Position numbers and translations under genes: made by a program. Below are positions 9,361-18,800 of a stretch of 64,000 nt of DNA, piece after piece. Origin of the DNA: a virus (Duplodnaviria > Caudoviricetes); the IMG/VR virus record IMGVR_UViG_3300028601_000030, positions 1-64,000 of that record. The stretch is one strand, 5' to 3'. The notes beneath the pieces were generated by a model. It was given only the letters and a program-made list of their open reading frames with translations, was not told where the DNA came from and made no database searches. The stretch's first letter is position 1, and the number at the start of each line of letters is the position of its first letter.

Positions 9361-9373
9361 AAGGGTGAAATTC

Positions 9374-10933
9374 ATGGACACAAATAAGATTGAAAAGGGC
9401 ATTGAGTTAGTTTTGTCTGGACTTGTTGGTAACGATTGGAGAGCAGATGAAAACTTTTCTGAAACCCCAGCGCGTGTAGCAAAAGCGTACAAAGAAATGC
9501 TTTATGGTCATGATCTTCGTAGAACAGACATGGCTAAATTTTTCGAAAAGAAATTCCCTGCTGCCGGTTACAGTCAGATGATTTTCTGCACAGGAATCAA
9601 AGTTTATTCCATGTGTCCGCATCATCTATTACCTGTGACGTACAATGTATCTGTAGGGTATATTCCGAATGAGAAAGAGGGATATGTTATCGGTGCTTCG
9701 AAGCTTCCTCGACTTGTTGAAGCACTTGCAGCACAAGCAATCATTCAGGAAGAACTTACTTCTGAGATTGCCAAAGAGATTCAATTTCATCTCAACCCTA
9801 CAGGTATTGCACTTGTTGTTTCGGGGCAGCATTTGTGTTATGACGATCAGACAGACATTCTTACGGATAATGGTTGGAAAAAGTTTTCTGAATTAGGACG
9901 ATGGGATAAAGTGGCCCAATATAATCAAGAGTTAGAGAGCATTACTTTTGTATATCCCACAGAGTATATTTCCTACCCTTATCAAGGGGATATGATTTCA
10001 ATGAAAAGCAAAAACTATGATCTTTTAGTAACTCCAGATCATAGAGTTCTTTGCTCTTCAGAATGGAAATATAAAAATTCAAACGGTAAATTTGTAGATA
10101 TTGTTACTGCCGAACAATTATTAGATCAGCGTAAAACTTATTTGCCAAAGACTGCAAAAAATGGCAAAACAGATGGAGTTCGCATAAATTCTATTTATGG
10201 TGTTAACGGGGATGATTTTTGTGAATTTATGGGTTGGTATTTAGCTGATGGTTGTTGTAGTTATCGAAATAATAGAAAAACTGTTTGTATTACAAAATCT
10301 CGAACTAAGAATAATGGACAGGATCGAAAAGATTTATTATCCTTGTTGGATAAACTGGGATGTGATTATAGAGAATCAGAGGCAGACAATAATATTACAA
10401 TTACTGGAGAATTTTTACAATGTGTATTTCCATTATTATTTGAATGCGGAAAATCAAGAGATAAATTTGTGCCTAGAGTGATAAAATCAAGCACACAGGA
10501 ACAAATAAATCTTTTTTTAGACGCATATATCCGTTGTGATGGTCATATATATGAAAATGGGAAAGTGCATTTTTGTACAATATCCAAACAACTGCTTTCT
10601 GATTTGCAAGAGATGCTTTTATATGTTGGTAAAAGTGGAAGTATTCAATCTAATAACATGCGAATGGAAACAAATAAAGGGTATGCGTGTTTAGACTCAC
10701 AACATATTACAAAAACTTATTATGACGGGTATGTTTATTGTGTTTCCGTCCCAGATTCCTTATTAGTTGTTCGTAGAAATGGAAAAGTATCTATTTCTGG
10801 CAATTGTATGCAGGCTCGCGGCATCAAACAGCGTGGCAGTTCGTTTGAAACTTCAGAAATGCGCGGAGCATTTAGGGAGAATGAAAGCACCCGTAATGAA
10901 TTTTTTGAACTACTGAAAAACTCACAGAGGTAA
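9374..10933 (+). CDS. folE: GTP cyclohydrolase I interrupted by an intein (about 196 aa spliced)
   Basis: ETPARVAKAY, SMCPHHLLP, GASKLPRLV, IIQEELT motifs; HL|CMQARG restored when residues encoded by 9836-10804 are removed. Confidence 0.95.
   Translation: MDTNKIEKGIELVLSGLVGNDWRADENFSETPARVAKAYKEMLYGHDLRRTDMAKFFEKKFPAAGYSQMIFCTGIKVYSMCPHHLLPVTYNVSVGYIPNEKEGYVIGASKLPRLVEALAAQAIIQEELTSEIAKEIQFHLNPTGIALVVSGQHLCYDDQTDILTDNGWKKFSELGRWDKVAQYNQELESITFVYPTEYISYPYQGDMISMKSKNYDLLVTPDHRVLCSSEWKYKNSNGKFVDIVTAEQLLDQRKTYLPKTAKNGKTDGVRINSIYGVNGDDFCEFMGWYLADGCCSYRNNRKTVCITKSRTKNNGQDRKDLLSLLDKLGCDYRESEADNNITITGEFLQCVFPLLFECGKSRDKFVPRVIKSSTQEQINLFLDAYIRCDGHIYENGKVHFCTISKQLLSDLQEMLLYVGKSGSIQSNNMRMETNKGYACLDSQHITKTYYDGYVYCVSVPDSLLVVRRNGKVSISGNCMQARGIKQRGSSFETSEMRGAFRENESTRNEFFELLKNSQR
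9836..10804 (+). mobile_element. Intein with LAGLIDADG-type endonuclease in FolE (323 aa)
   Basis: Starts CYDDQTDILTDNGWK; block B LLVTPDHRV; FMGWYLADG and FLDAYIRCDG; ends YVYCVSVP...VRRNGKVSISGN followed by Cys. Confidence 0.93.
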
Positions 10934-11928
10934 TGATGGAAATTGTCAAAGCGGAAATACTCTTTAGTCGCCAGTGCCCACTTGATTGTTCATACTGTGG
11001 TATGAAAAATGAAAAGCAAAATAACCGCTCAATCAATGAATGGTTCATTGGTTTGGAAAATCTCAAATCTTTGGGGTGTCAATTTGCCGCTTTCTATGGG
11101 GCGGAGATATTGATGGAGTTTGACAAACTGAAGAAAGTTGTTGGTTATTCGGAATCAATCGGAATTGCTACAACTATCATAACTTCTGGGGCTGTTCCAG
11201 ATTTTAAGAAAAAACTACGTGAGTTATACGACAACGGTGCAAGAAGTCTGACCATGTCCAATGATTTGTGTACAACAGATCCTTCAAGCAGACGAAAAAC
11301 GGAACAAACATTATCCAACTTGCAGTTTTTCAACGAATATCCAGAATGTCGGGACGTTGCTTCTATCACAACTTTGACCAGACAGAACTTTCATCACCTT
11401 CCTGAAGCAATCAAAAAGCACACGGAAATGGGCATATGGACGTTCTTTGATTTCATTCACCCTGATAGAGGACTTCCAGGAACAAAGTGTCGGGGCAATG
11501 CAGAAGGTTTTGTTTTCGAGGACGAAGATTTCCCGAAGCTTGCAGAAGTTATGGATGAAGTCTGCGAAATGAAAGAACAAGATTATTTGGTTCATGTGTC
11601 CAAAGAATACATTAACCTTATGAAGCAAAATGATTTCAGCCTTCTGAAAAATTATAATTGGAACTGCGCTAAGTTGGATGTATTTCCGTCCTGGGTAACT
11701 ATTGACTGTGATGGTTCTGTACATTACTGCGATGATTTCCAAGAACAACGAAAACAACCTAAGTTTGACATGACTACACTGTTTAAAGACTGGGATAAAT
11801 TCTGCAGGCATGGTAAAAAGCTAGTTGGTACACGTTGCAGAGGATGTGCATGGTCTACTCATATTGACGCCCACTATATTAAGATGGGTATCAATGATAT
11901 AGATTCTTATGTACATGGGAGAACATAA
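10933..11928 (+). CDS. Radical SAM protein with SPASM/twitch-like C-terminus, function unknown
   Basis: CPLDCSYC motif, FYGAE, ITSG; C-terminal C...IDCDGSVHYCDD...CRGC. Confidence 0.85.
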   Translation: MMEIVKAEILFSRQCPLDCSYCGMKNEKQNNRSINEWFIGLENLKSLGCQFAAFYGAEILMEFDKLKKVVGYSESIGIATTIITSGAVPDFKKKLRELYDNGARSLTMSNDLCTTDPSSRRKTEQTLSNLQFFNEYPECRDVASITTLTRQNFHHLPEAIKKHTEMGIWTFFDFIHPDRGLPGTKCRGNAEGFVFEDEDFPKLAEVMDEVCEMKEQDYLVHVSKEYINLMKQNDFSLLKNYNWNCAKLDVFPSWVTIDCDGSVHYCDDFQEQRKQPKFDMTTLFKDWDKFCRHGKKLVGTRCRGCAWSTHIDAHYIKMGINDIDSYVHGRT

Positions 11929-11994
11929 TGGATTTCTACAAAATACTTACTGAATTTTCACCTGTAGGAAGCACTTCTTGGAGAGGGATATAAA

Positions 11995-12978
11995 ATGATA
12001 CTTTGTCTTTCAGGCGGACTAGATTCCGTAATTGCGTATTATTATATGGGGAAACCCAAAACTATCTTTTTTGATTATGGTGACTATACCAAAGTTGAAA
12101 AAGAACGAGTCCTTGCAATTGCTCCTGACACAATCATTGACAAGTCTTTGAATCTGGCGGGAAAGTCTCAAGGAAAAACAGCGTATATTCCCAATCGCAA
12201 TCTGATGTTTGCAGCACTTGCATGTAGGTATGCCAATACCATTGTTATGGCAGGAATAAAAGATGATGATGTTCCCGATAAAAATCGAATAGCCTTTACG
12301 GAAATGGGAGAACTCCTGTCTAATATTAGTGGCGGTACAACCATAAAAGTAGAATCTCCTTTTTGGGAAATGACAAAATCAGACTTAGTTGCGTGGGCAA
12401 TTGATAATCTGTCTACAGATGAATTGGAAACTGTTTTAGAGGTTTCTATATCCTGCTACACACCCACACCAGACGGTAAAGAGTGTCGAAGTTGCCCCTC
12501 TTGTTTCAGAAAATGGAATGCTTTAGATGCCAACGGTATTCATACCAAGTTCAAAAACAAAGCTTTGATGGAAGAATATCTGCAAAAAGCAAAGGATGGT
12601 GTTTATATTCCAGAAAGAAATTCATCTATTATCCGCAGTGTTACTGGTTATTTTAGCAAGGACCTGAGACAAAAGCCTAAAGTGTATTGCTTTGACATTG
12701 ACGGTGTTCTGACTGTAGAGACTGAGGGATATGGAGAAGAAGTTTACCGGAATCGCACACCAAACATCGTAATGATTGAAAAGGTGCGAAAACTACACTT
12801 GATGGAGAATAAAATCATTCTCCATACAGCAAGGCATAAAGAGGATATATCTGTCACTTGTGATTGGCTTGCAAAGCACAGTGTTCCGTTTGATGCGCTT
12901 CAATTTGAAAAGCCGAAAGCTGATTATTACATTGACGACCGAATGATAAGAATGGAAGAGGTTCTTACCCATGTCTAA
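11995..12978 (+). CDS. queC: 7-cyano-7-deazaguanine synthase fused to a HAD-family phosphatase domain
   Basis: SGGLDS, YIPNRNLMF, SCY...CRSCPSC; C-terminal FDIDGVLT, HTAR, KPKADYYIDDR. Confidence 0.9.
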   Translation: MILCLSGGLDSVIAYYYMGKPKTIFFDYGDYTKVEKERVLAIAPDTIIDKSLNLAGKSQGKTAYIPNRNLMFAALACRYANTIVMAGIKDDDVPDKNRIAFTEMGELLSNISGGTTIKVESPFWEMTKSDLVAWAIDNLSTDELETVLEVSISCYTPTPDGKECRSCPSCFRKWNALDANGIHTKFKNKALMEEYLQKAKDGVYIPERNSSIIRSVTGYFSKDLRQKPKVYCFDIDGVLTVETEGYGEEVYRNRTPNIVMIEKVRKLHLMENKIILHTARHKEDISVTCDWLAKHSVPFDALQFEKPKADYYIDDRMIRMEEVLTHV

Positions 12979-13843
12979 AATTTCCTTTTTCCTAGATTGT
13001 GGTGCCTATAGCGCCGATTCTCAAGGCAAGCCCGTTGATCTTGAGGAATACATTGCCTATATAAAACAACACGAACACTTACTGGATATTTACCCAGTCC
13101 TTGATGTTATTGGCAATGCCGAAGAAACTTGGAAAAATCAGCAAATCATGGAAGATGCTGGACTTAAACCATTACCTGTGTTTCACGTAGAAGATAATAT
13201 GAACCATCTTTTTCAGTGTTTGGAATATGAGTATTTTTGTTTAGGTGGTATGGCAGGAGGTGCTGGAGGAAAAACAAGGCAAGCCTTTTTGAACAAATGT
13301 TTTGACATCATCTGTGACACACCTGACAGAAAACCGAAATCAAAAGTTCATGGTTTTGGATTAGCTTCACCATCATTGATGGTGCAGTATCCTTTCTACA
13401 GTGTAGATACTTCTAGTTGGGTTGCGTACTCACAGTATGGAATAATACTTGTTCCTAAGCACGACAACGCAGGCAATCCATTATACGGAGCAACACCGAC
13501 AAAGATCTTTGTCACCGAGCGTTCACCAAAAATGGAGATTGAGGGACAACACTTCAAAAACCTGACCAGTAAAGAAAAAGACTTTGTGCTGAAATACATT
13601 GAAGATTTAGGATTCCAGATGGGCAAATCATCTACGTTCGAAGTCTCAGAAGACTACACCTTGCAAGAGTCAGAGACTTTCATGAATAAAGAAAAAACTC
13701 GCGTTGAGCGTGCGGAGATTTGCGGAATCAGCAATAATAATTCAATGCGCTACGTTTACAACATGCGTTACTTTCAAGCAATTGCAGATTCTTGTTCCGA
13801 GTGGCCGTGGTCTTGGAGTCCTAAGATTCGTAGTTTTTTCTAG
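12971..13843 (+). CDS. dpdA: TGT-like DNA deazaguanine transglycosylase (DpdA-like)
   Basis: FLDCGAYS, VLDVIG, LGGMAG, KVHGFG, SVDTSSW TIM-barrel motifs; adjacent to queC/folE. Confidence 0.8.
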   Translation: MSKISFFLDCGAYSADSQGKPVDLEEYIAYIKQHEHLLDIYPVLDVIGNAEETWKNQQIMEDAGLKPLPVFHVEDNMNHLFQCLEYEYFCLGGMAGGAGGKTRQAFLNKCFDIICDTPDRKPKSKVHGFGLASPSLMVQYPFYSVDTSSWVAYSQYGIILVPKHDNAGNPLYGATPTKIFVTERSPKMEIEGQHFKNLTSKEKDFVLKYIEDLGFQMGKSSTFEVSEDYTLQESETFMNKEKTRVERAEICGISNNNSMRYVYNMRYFQAIADSCSEWPWSWSPKIRSFF

Positions 13844-13851
13844 GAGTAGAT

Positions 13852-14076
13852 ATGAAATACCTAAAAGAAATCTCAATTACCAGTAAATCTGGTTCAGATG
13901 AAGTGAACTTGCTGCTGGAAGAAAACCCTGAAGCAGTTGAAAAATATATCCACGTTCAGCGTAAAGGAACAAAGGTGGTTATCCCTGCTTTATCTACCTC
14001 GGATATTGATGAACTTATGCAGGCATTGCATCCGTATAGCAGTTGCGGACAATTTTTGAATGGTGTTGCAAGTTAG
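13852..14076 (+). CDS. Hypothetical protein
   Basis: ORF with AGGAG RBS. Confidence 0.65.
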   Translation: MKYLKEISITSKSGSDEVNLLLEENPEAVEKYIHVQRKGTKVVIPALSTSDIDELMQALHPYSSCGQFLNGVAS

Positions 14077-14083
14077 GAGAAAT

Positions 14084-14278
14084 ATGATGGCTAAAATCAG
14101 AGTAGAAACTATCCGTGAATTTTACTTGGAATTATCAGAAGCAGAAGCTTCCTATTTGAAGGACATTCTTCAAAATTATCTAGGTGCAGGAGAAGAATAT
14201 ACACTAGATAGAACTATTCGGGAGAGATTGTTCAAAGAACTTCATAGCGGATTTCATCCAGATATGGAGGAGAAATAA
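14084..14278 (+). CDS. Hypothetical protein
   Basis: ORF with AGGAG RBS. Confidence 0.65.
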   Translation: MMAKIRVETIREFYLELSEAEASYLKDILQNYLGAGEEYTLDRTIRERLFKELHSGFHPDMEEK

Positions 14279-14607
14279 TGAACCAATATGAAATGCTATT
14301 GAAGGCAAACAGGAAGCTCCAAGCAGACATTAAAGTTTTGCAGGAAGCTTATGAGCAAGAAGTTAAAAATGCCCATCGACTTACAGGTGAGGTTAATTCA
14401 TTGAACAAAAAAGTGGCTACTTTGGTAGAACAGACTGCAGGATTTACATTCAAGGAGCAAATGATTCTCACTATATGGCCAATGCTGTTTGAGCACTTTG
14501 TAAAAGACACTGGAATTTCCACTACCTCTGCAAAGAATCGTGCCTTGAATATTATCCAAGATTTAGAATCTAATCGTTTTTCAAGTCATGGAGAATCCAT
14601 TATATGA
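14278..14607 (+). CDS. Coiled-coil hypothetical protein
   Basis: Overlapping stop/start; heptad pattern. Confidence 0.65.
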   Translation: MNQYEMLLKANRKLQADIKVLQEAYEQEVKNAHRLTGEVNSLNKKVATLVEQTAGFTFKEQMILTIWPMLFEHFVKDTGISTTSAKNRALNIIQDLESNRFSSHGESII

Positions 14608-14792
14608 TTCTATATTTTGCGGGTAATTTCGAATACTTAGGCAAGGTTGAAAAAGAAATGGAATTAGCAAATCTTTGCTTGCAAAAGTCTGGTTCATATA
14701 ACAGACTAAGCTCATTCTTTTTCAGAAAAGAAACTGACAATGTCCTGCAAGTTGTTGAAGAACTTAAACAAGGAGAAGAGAATGAAGGTTAA
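14604..14792 (+). CDS. Small protein resembling the N-terminal LYFAG...RLxS segment of some phage TGT/DpdA-like proteins
   Basis: MILYFAGNF...YNRLSSFFF; resemblance from recall only. Confidence 0.4.
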   Translation: MILYFAGNFEYLGKVEKEMELANLCLQKSGSYNRLSSFFFRKETDNVLQVVEELKQGEENEG

Positions 14793-15804
14793 AACAGAAG
14801 AATTGAAATCAGTAATCAAGGTTCTATTACCGGCAACCAGTAAAAAGGACTTGGTGTTGCAAATGGCGCACCTTGTATTCCAAGAAAATGAAATACTCGC
14901 CTATAACGACCGCATTGCGATTGCTCATCCTTTTGAATCTGGTATTACTGCATCGGTACCTGCTGGGTCTTTGAATAAGATTCTTGATGGTATCGAAGAC
15001 AAAGAAATTGAATTGTCGGCAGATGATAATAATCTGACCATCACAAGCAAATCGACTGAAGCTGTTATCCAGATTGAAACCGAGTCTCGTGTAGTTGAGG
15101 AATATTTCTCTGAAGTTGACTTTGATGATATGGTTTGGGAGGCTGTACCAAAGGACTTTCTTGATAATCTGGCACTTGCTCGTTTGAGCACTTCAAGCAA
15201 CGTATTCGACCCGAACAATCTGTATTGCGTCTATGTAAACAAAGAATGCTTGGATTCAAGTGATGGTTACAGGGTGTCTCGTATTTTTATGGAGTCTGAT
15301 TTTGAAGATAGTTTCCTTTTACCCTCATCTTCAATTCAAGACCTCTTGACATTTAAAAGCTTTGAGTCCTACTCCCTCGAAGACAGCTGGATTCATTTCA
15401 CCACTGACAACAAGGTGACTGTATCTTGTCGCACAGGAGCCGGTGACTTTCCCGACTTCACAGAAATCATTGATGGGTTTGAAAAAGAATCCGAAATCAA
15501 GATTGATGCGAAGCTTATCCCGGCACTTGAAAACTTGAGTGGTTTGGTTGAAGGCGAATCTGATTTTATGAAGTCGGTAAATATCGAACTCAAAGCAAAG
15601 AAGGCAATCATCACTGGACGTAAAGAAGGTGTGAGTGTCAAGAAATCGTATGATGTTGAAAATTCCGGTACAGCTACTTTCGACATTAGCCCTGTGTTTC
15701 TGGCATACATTCTAAAACTGACAAACAACATGGCAATTGGAGAACACAGTGCCTTGTTTGAAGACAACGACAAGTTTATCCACCTCGTACAACTTCCGGT
15801 ATAA
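14782..15804 (+). CDS. DNA sliding clamp (DnaN/beta-clamp-like)
   Basis: About 340 aa acidic beta-rich protein; ILAYNDRIAI, LDSSDGYRV motifs; directly upstream of the polymerase. Confidence 0.75.
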   Translation: MKVKTEELKSVIKVLLPATSKKDLVLQMAHLVFQENEILAYNDRIAIAHPFESGITASVPAGSLNKILDGIEDKEIELSADDNNLTITSKSTEAVIQIETESRVVEEYFSEVDFDDMVWEAVPKDFLDNLALARLSTSSNVFDPNNLYCVYVNKECLDSSDGYRVSRIFMESDFEDSFLLPSSSIQDLLTFKSFESYSLEDSWIHFTTDNKVTVSCRTGAGDFPDFTEIIDGFEKESEIKIDAKLIPALENLSGLVEGESDFMKSVNIELKAKKAIITGRKEGVSVKKSYDVENSGTATFDISPVFLAYILKLTNNMAIGEHSALFEDNDKFIHLVQLPV

Positions 15805-15806
15805 TT

Positions 15807-18800
15807 ATGGCTAAGATTCACAATTTCTTTTCCAAGAGTAAAGATGCTGTTCCTATGGAATGCGCTAAATGCGGCATGTTCAACGGCTGTAAAAACGGAC
15901 GTATGAAACCAGCTGGTCTAGGAGAAAAGAAAATATTGGTTATCACTGACTCCCCTGACGCTCAAGCTGATTTGAAAGGAACAATTGCTGAAAGTTCCCA
16001 ATACAAATTCCTGCATACAGAATTGCGTAAGTTGGGACTTAACCTCTATAAGGACTGCTGGACTGTTCCGGCAGTCCGTTGTTATTCAGAACGTACACCA
16101 CAAAAAGCACAAGCGATGCACTGTAAACCAGAGCTTGAAGAAGATTTCAAGTCACTTCAACCGAAACATGTATTTACATTTGGCAATATTTCATTGGGCA
16201 CAATCACAGATAAGTATTATTCTGGTATTATCAGTGAGAATTGTATGGGAGATTCAATTCCCATTAAAGAATTTGGATTTTATCTTCATCCGTTTTTAGA
16301 TGTCCCTCAAATTCAAGCAACAAAGAAAAACAAGAATTACCAATCTTATGTCAAACGGCAATTACACAAGGCGATTGAGTTTGCAAAGTCTGGAAGAGGA
16401 TTTATAAACTACACATACGATGATCCTAAAAATGTAGAATTCCTGCTTGATGCTAAATCAGTTCTGGACAAACTTGGCGAATTGATGGATGAAAAAGAGA
16501 TTGCCCTTGACTACGAAACAACAGGCATAAAGCCCCATCGTGACGGACACAAGATAACTGTTGTTGGATTGTCTACTGATGATAGCGCATACGCTTTCCC
16601 ACTTGACTATCAAGAGTATTGGAACGTTGATGATTGGAATGATATTAACGATGCTTTGGCAGACCTCATAGAAGCAAAGAAACCAAAGATGATTGTGCAT
16701 AACAAAGTGTTCGAAAATCTTTGGTCTCGTTTTATATTGGAAGTTGATTCATTCATGGACGAATGTACCATGATTCGTCAACATGTGTTAGATCATCGGC
16801 GCAAAACAAAATCCCTGAAGTACCAGATATTCCGACGTTGGGGAATTTGGGGATACGATGCTTCGATGGATAGGTATATTAAAGCTCCAGATTCCAACTC
16901 AATGAACAAAATGGACGAAGCTCCGTTAGACGATCAATTGTTGTATGTTGGACTTGATGCGTACATGACGATGAAACTTCATCGCGAACAGGAGAAAGAG
17001 TTTGCTGGGAAGAAAAATCTGCAACAGGCAAATAAGTTTTTCCAAGAATCGTCAAATTCTATGACAGTTCTGCAAGAATCTGGTTTAAATGTAGATGAAA
17101 AATATTACCAAGAAATAGAAAAAGAATTAACTCGTACAATCACTGGGTTAGAAAAATCAATCTCAGCAAACGAAGAAGCCCAACGCTTTCGTAAACTGTA
17201 TAAGAAAAAGTTTGACCACAATTCACCGATGAATCTCAAGAGGTTGTTGTTTGATCAAATGGGATTAGAGTCGGTGAAAGACACAGCCAAAGGTGGGCAA
17301 GCTGTTGATGCTGAAGTTTTGAAAGAACTGGACATTCCTATTGGTAATTATATCCTTGATTTACGTAAGTATCTCAAACTCAGGGACACGTACCTTTCAC
17401 AGTTTAAACGTGAAGTTGTTGATGGACATATTCATCCATTCTTTTATCTGACAACAGTTACCAGTTATAGGTCCTGTATAGCTGGATATGAAAAAGTAAT
17501 GGTTGTTCGTGATTTTGAATCTGAACCTGAAGGAATACCAATAAAAGATGTTAAAGTTGGTGATTTAGTTTATTGCTTTGATGATAAATTAAACCCTCAG
17601 ATAAAAAAGGTTTTGTGGCAAGGTAAGACTGGTCATAGAGAAATTATACGAGTGCATTATTACCGCAAGGGTAAACGTTATTATTTTGATTGTACTCCTG
17701 AACACAAGGTACGATTGATTGATGGGTCGTATATAGAAGCTCAAAATTTAAAACCAAATGATCATGTACTAGCTTGCAGTAGAACTGGAGATTATATAAA
17801 TTTTACTGGTCACTTAAAACATGGGCATGGGTTTAAAGAGCATCGCTTTATCTATGAACAATTGGTAGGTGATTTAAATTCTGATGAAGTAATACACCAT
17901 AAAAATTGGAATCACTTTGATCATCGTCCAGAAAACTTACAAAAAACAACCAGATCGGAACACAGTAAAATTCACGCATCTGTTTTGTCAAATCTTCCGG
18001 AACGTAAAGAACTAGCTCGGCAGTCGATGTTAAAACGTTGGGAAAACAATGAATTTTCTCCCAGATTTGGGGAAGACAACAATTCGTATGTTTTTATCAT
18101 CCGTTTTGCTTGCCTGCGAAAACTTGCTGAAAATCACGGCAAACTCAAACTGGCTGCTGAATCTATTCCTATGGATTTTGCTACATTTAAAAATAAAATT
18201 TCTGACTACGGTTTAGATTGGAAAACGATAAAACTCAGATATGACAAAAACGGGAAATATATTTCTAAAGCAAGATTGCAGAACTTGTCTCATTTAGGAA
18301 GGAGTAAAGTACAACGAATTTTAGGACACAATTATTATAAGTTATTAGAATTGTATAAATTCTACGGATTAGATTTAAAACGAAAATGGTCAAATCAATT
18401 TGGAGAATTTGTTCCAGGCAATCACAGAATAACCGGTATAGAGCATTTGCATACAAGTGTTGATGTGTATGATATTGAGGTAGAAGATCATCACAATTTC
18501 TTTGTAAATGAGATTTGTGTGCATAATTCAAGTGCAGACCCAAATTTCCAGAACATACCCAAGCGGGACAAAGAAGCAAAGAACTCTATTCGTTCTGGAA
18601 TCGTGCCTTCAAAAGGCAACAAGCTTTGTGAGATTGACTTCTCTGGTATGGAAGTTTCTACTTCAGCTACGTATCACTGTGACCCGAATTTTATCAATTA
18701 CCTACTTGATGATTCAGCCGACATGCACAGGGATAATGGCTGTGACATTTGGATGCTTGAACAAGATGAAATGACTCCAGAGATTCGTTTCTTTGTCAAG

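Noticed and set aside
9295-9373. preQ1 riboswitch upstream of folE
   Set aside because: The hairpin looks like an ordinary intrinsic terminator; I could not find the preQ1-I stem/loop and A-rich tail consensus.
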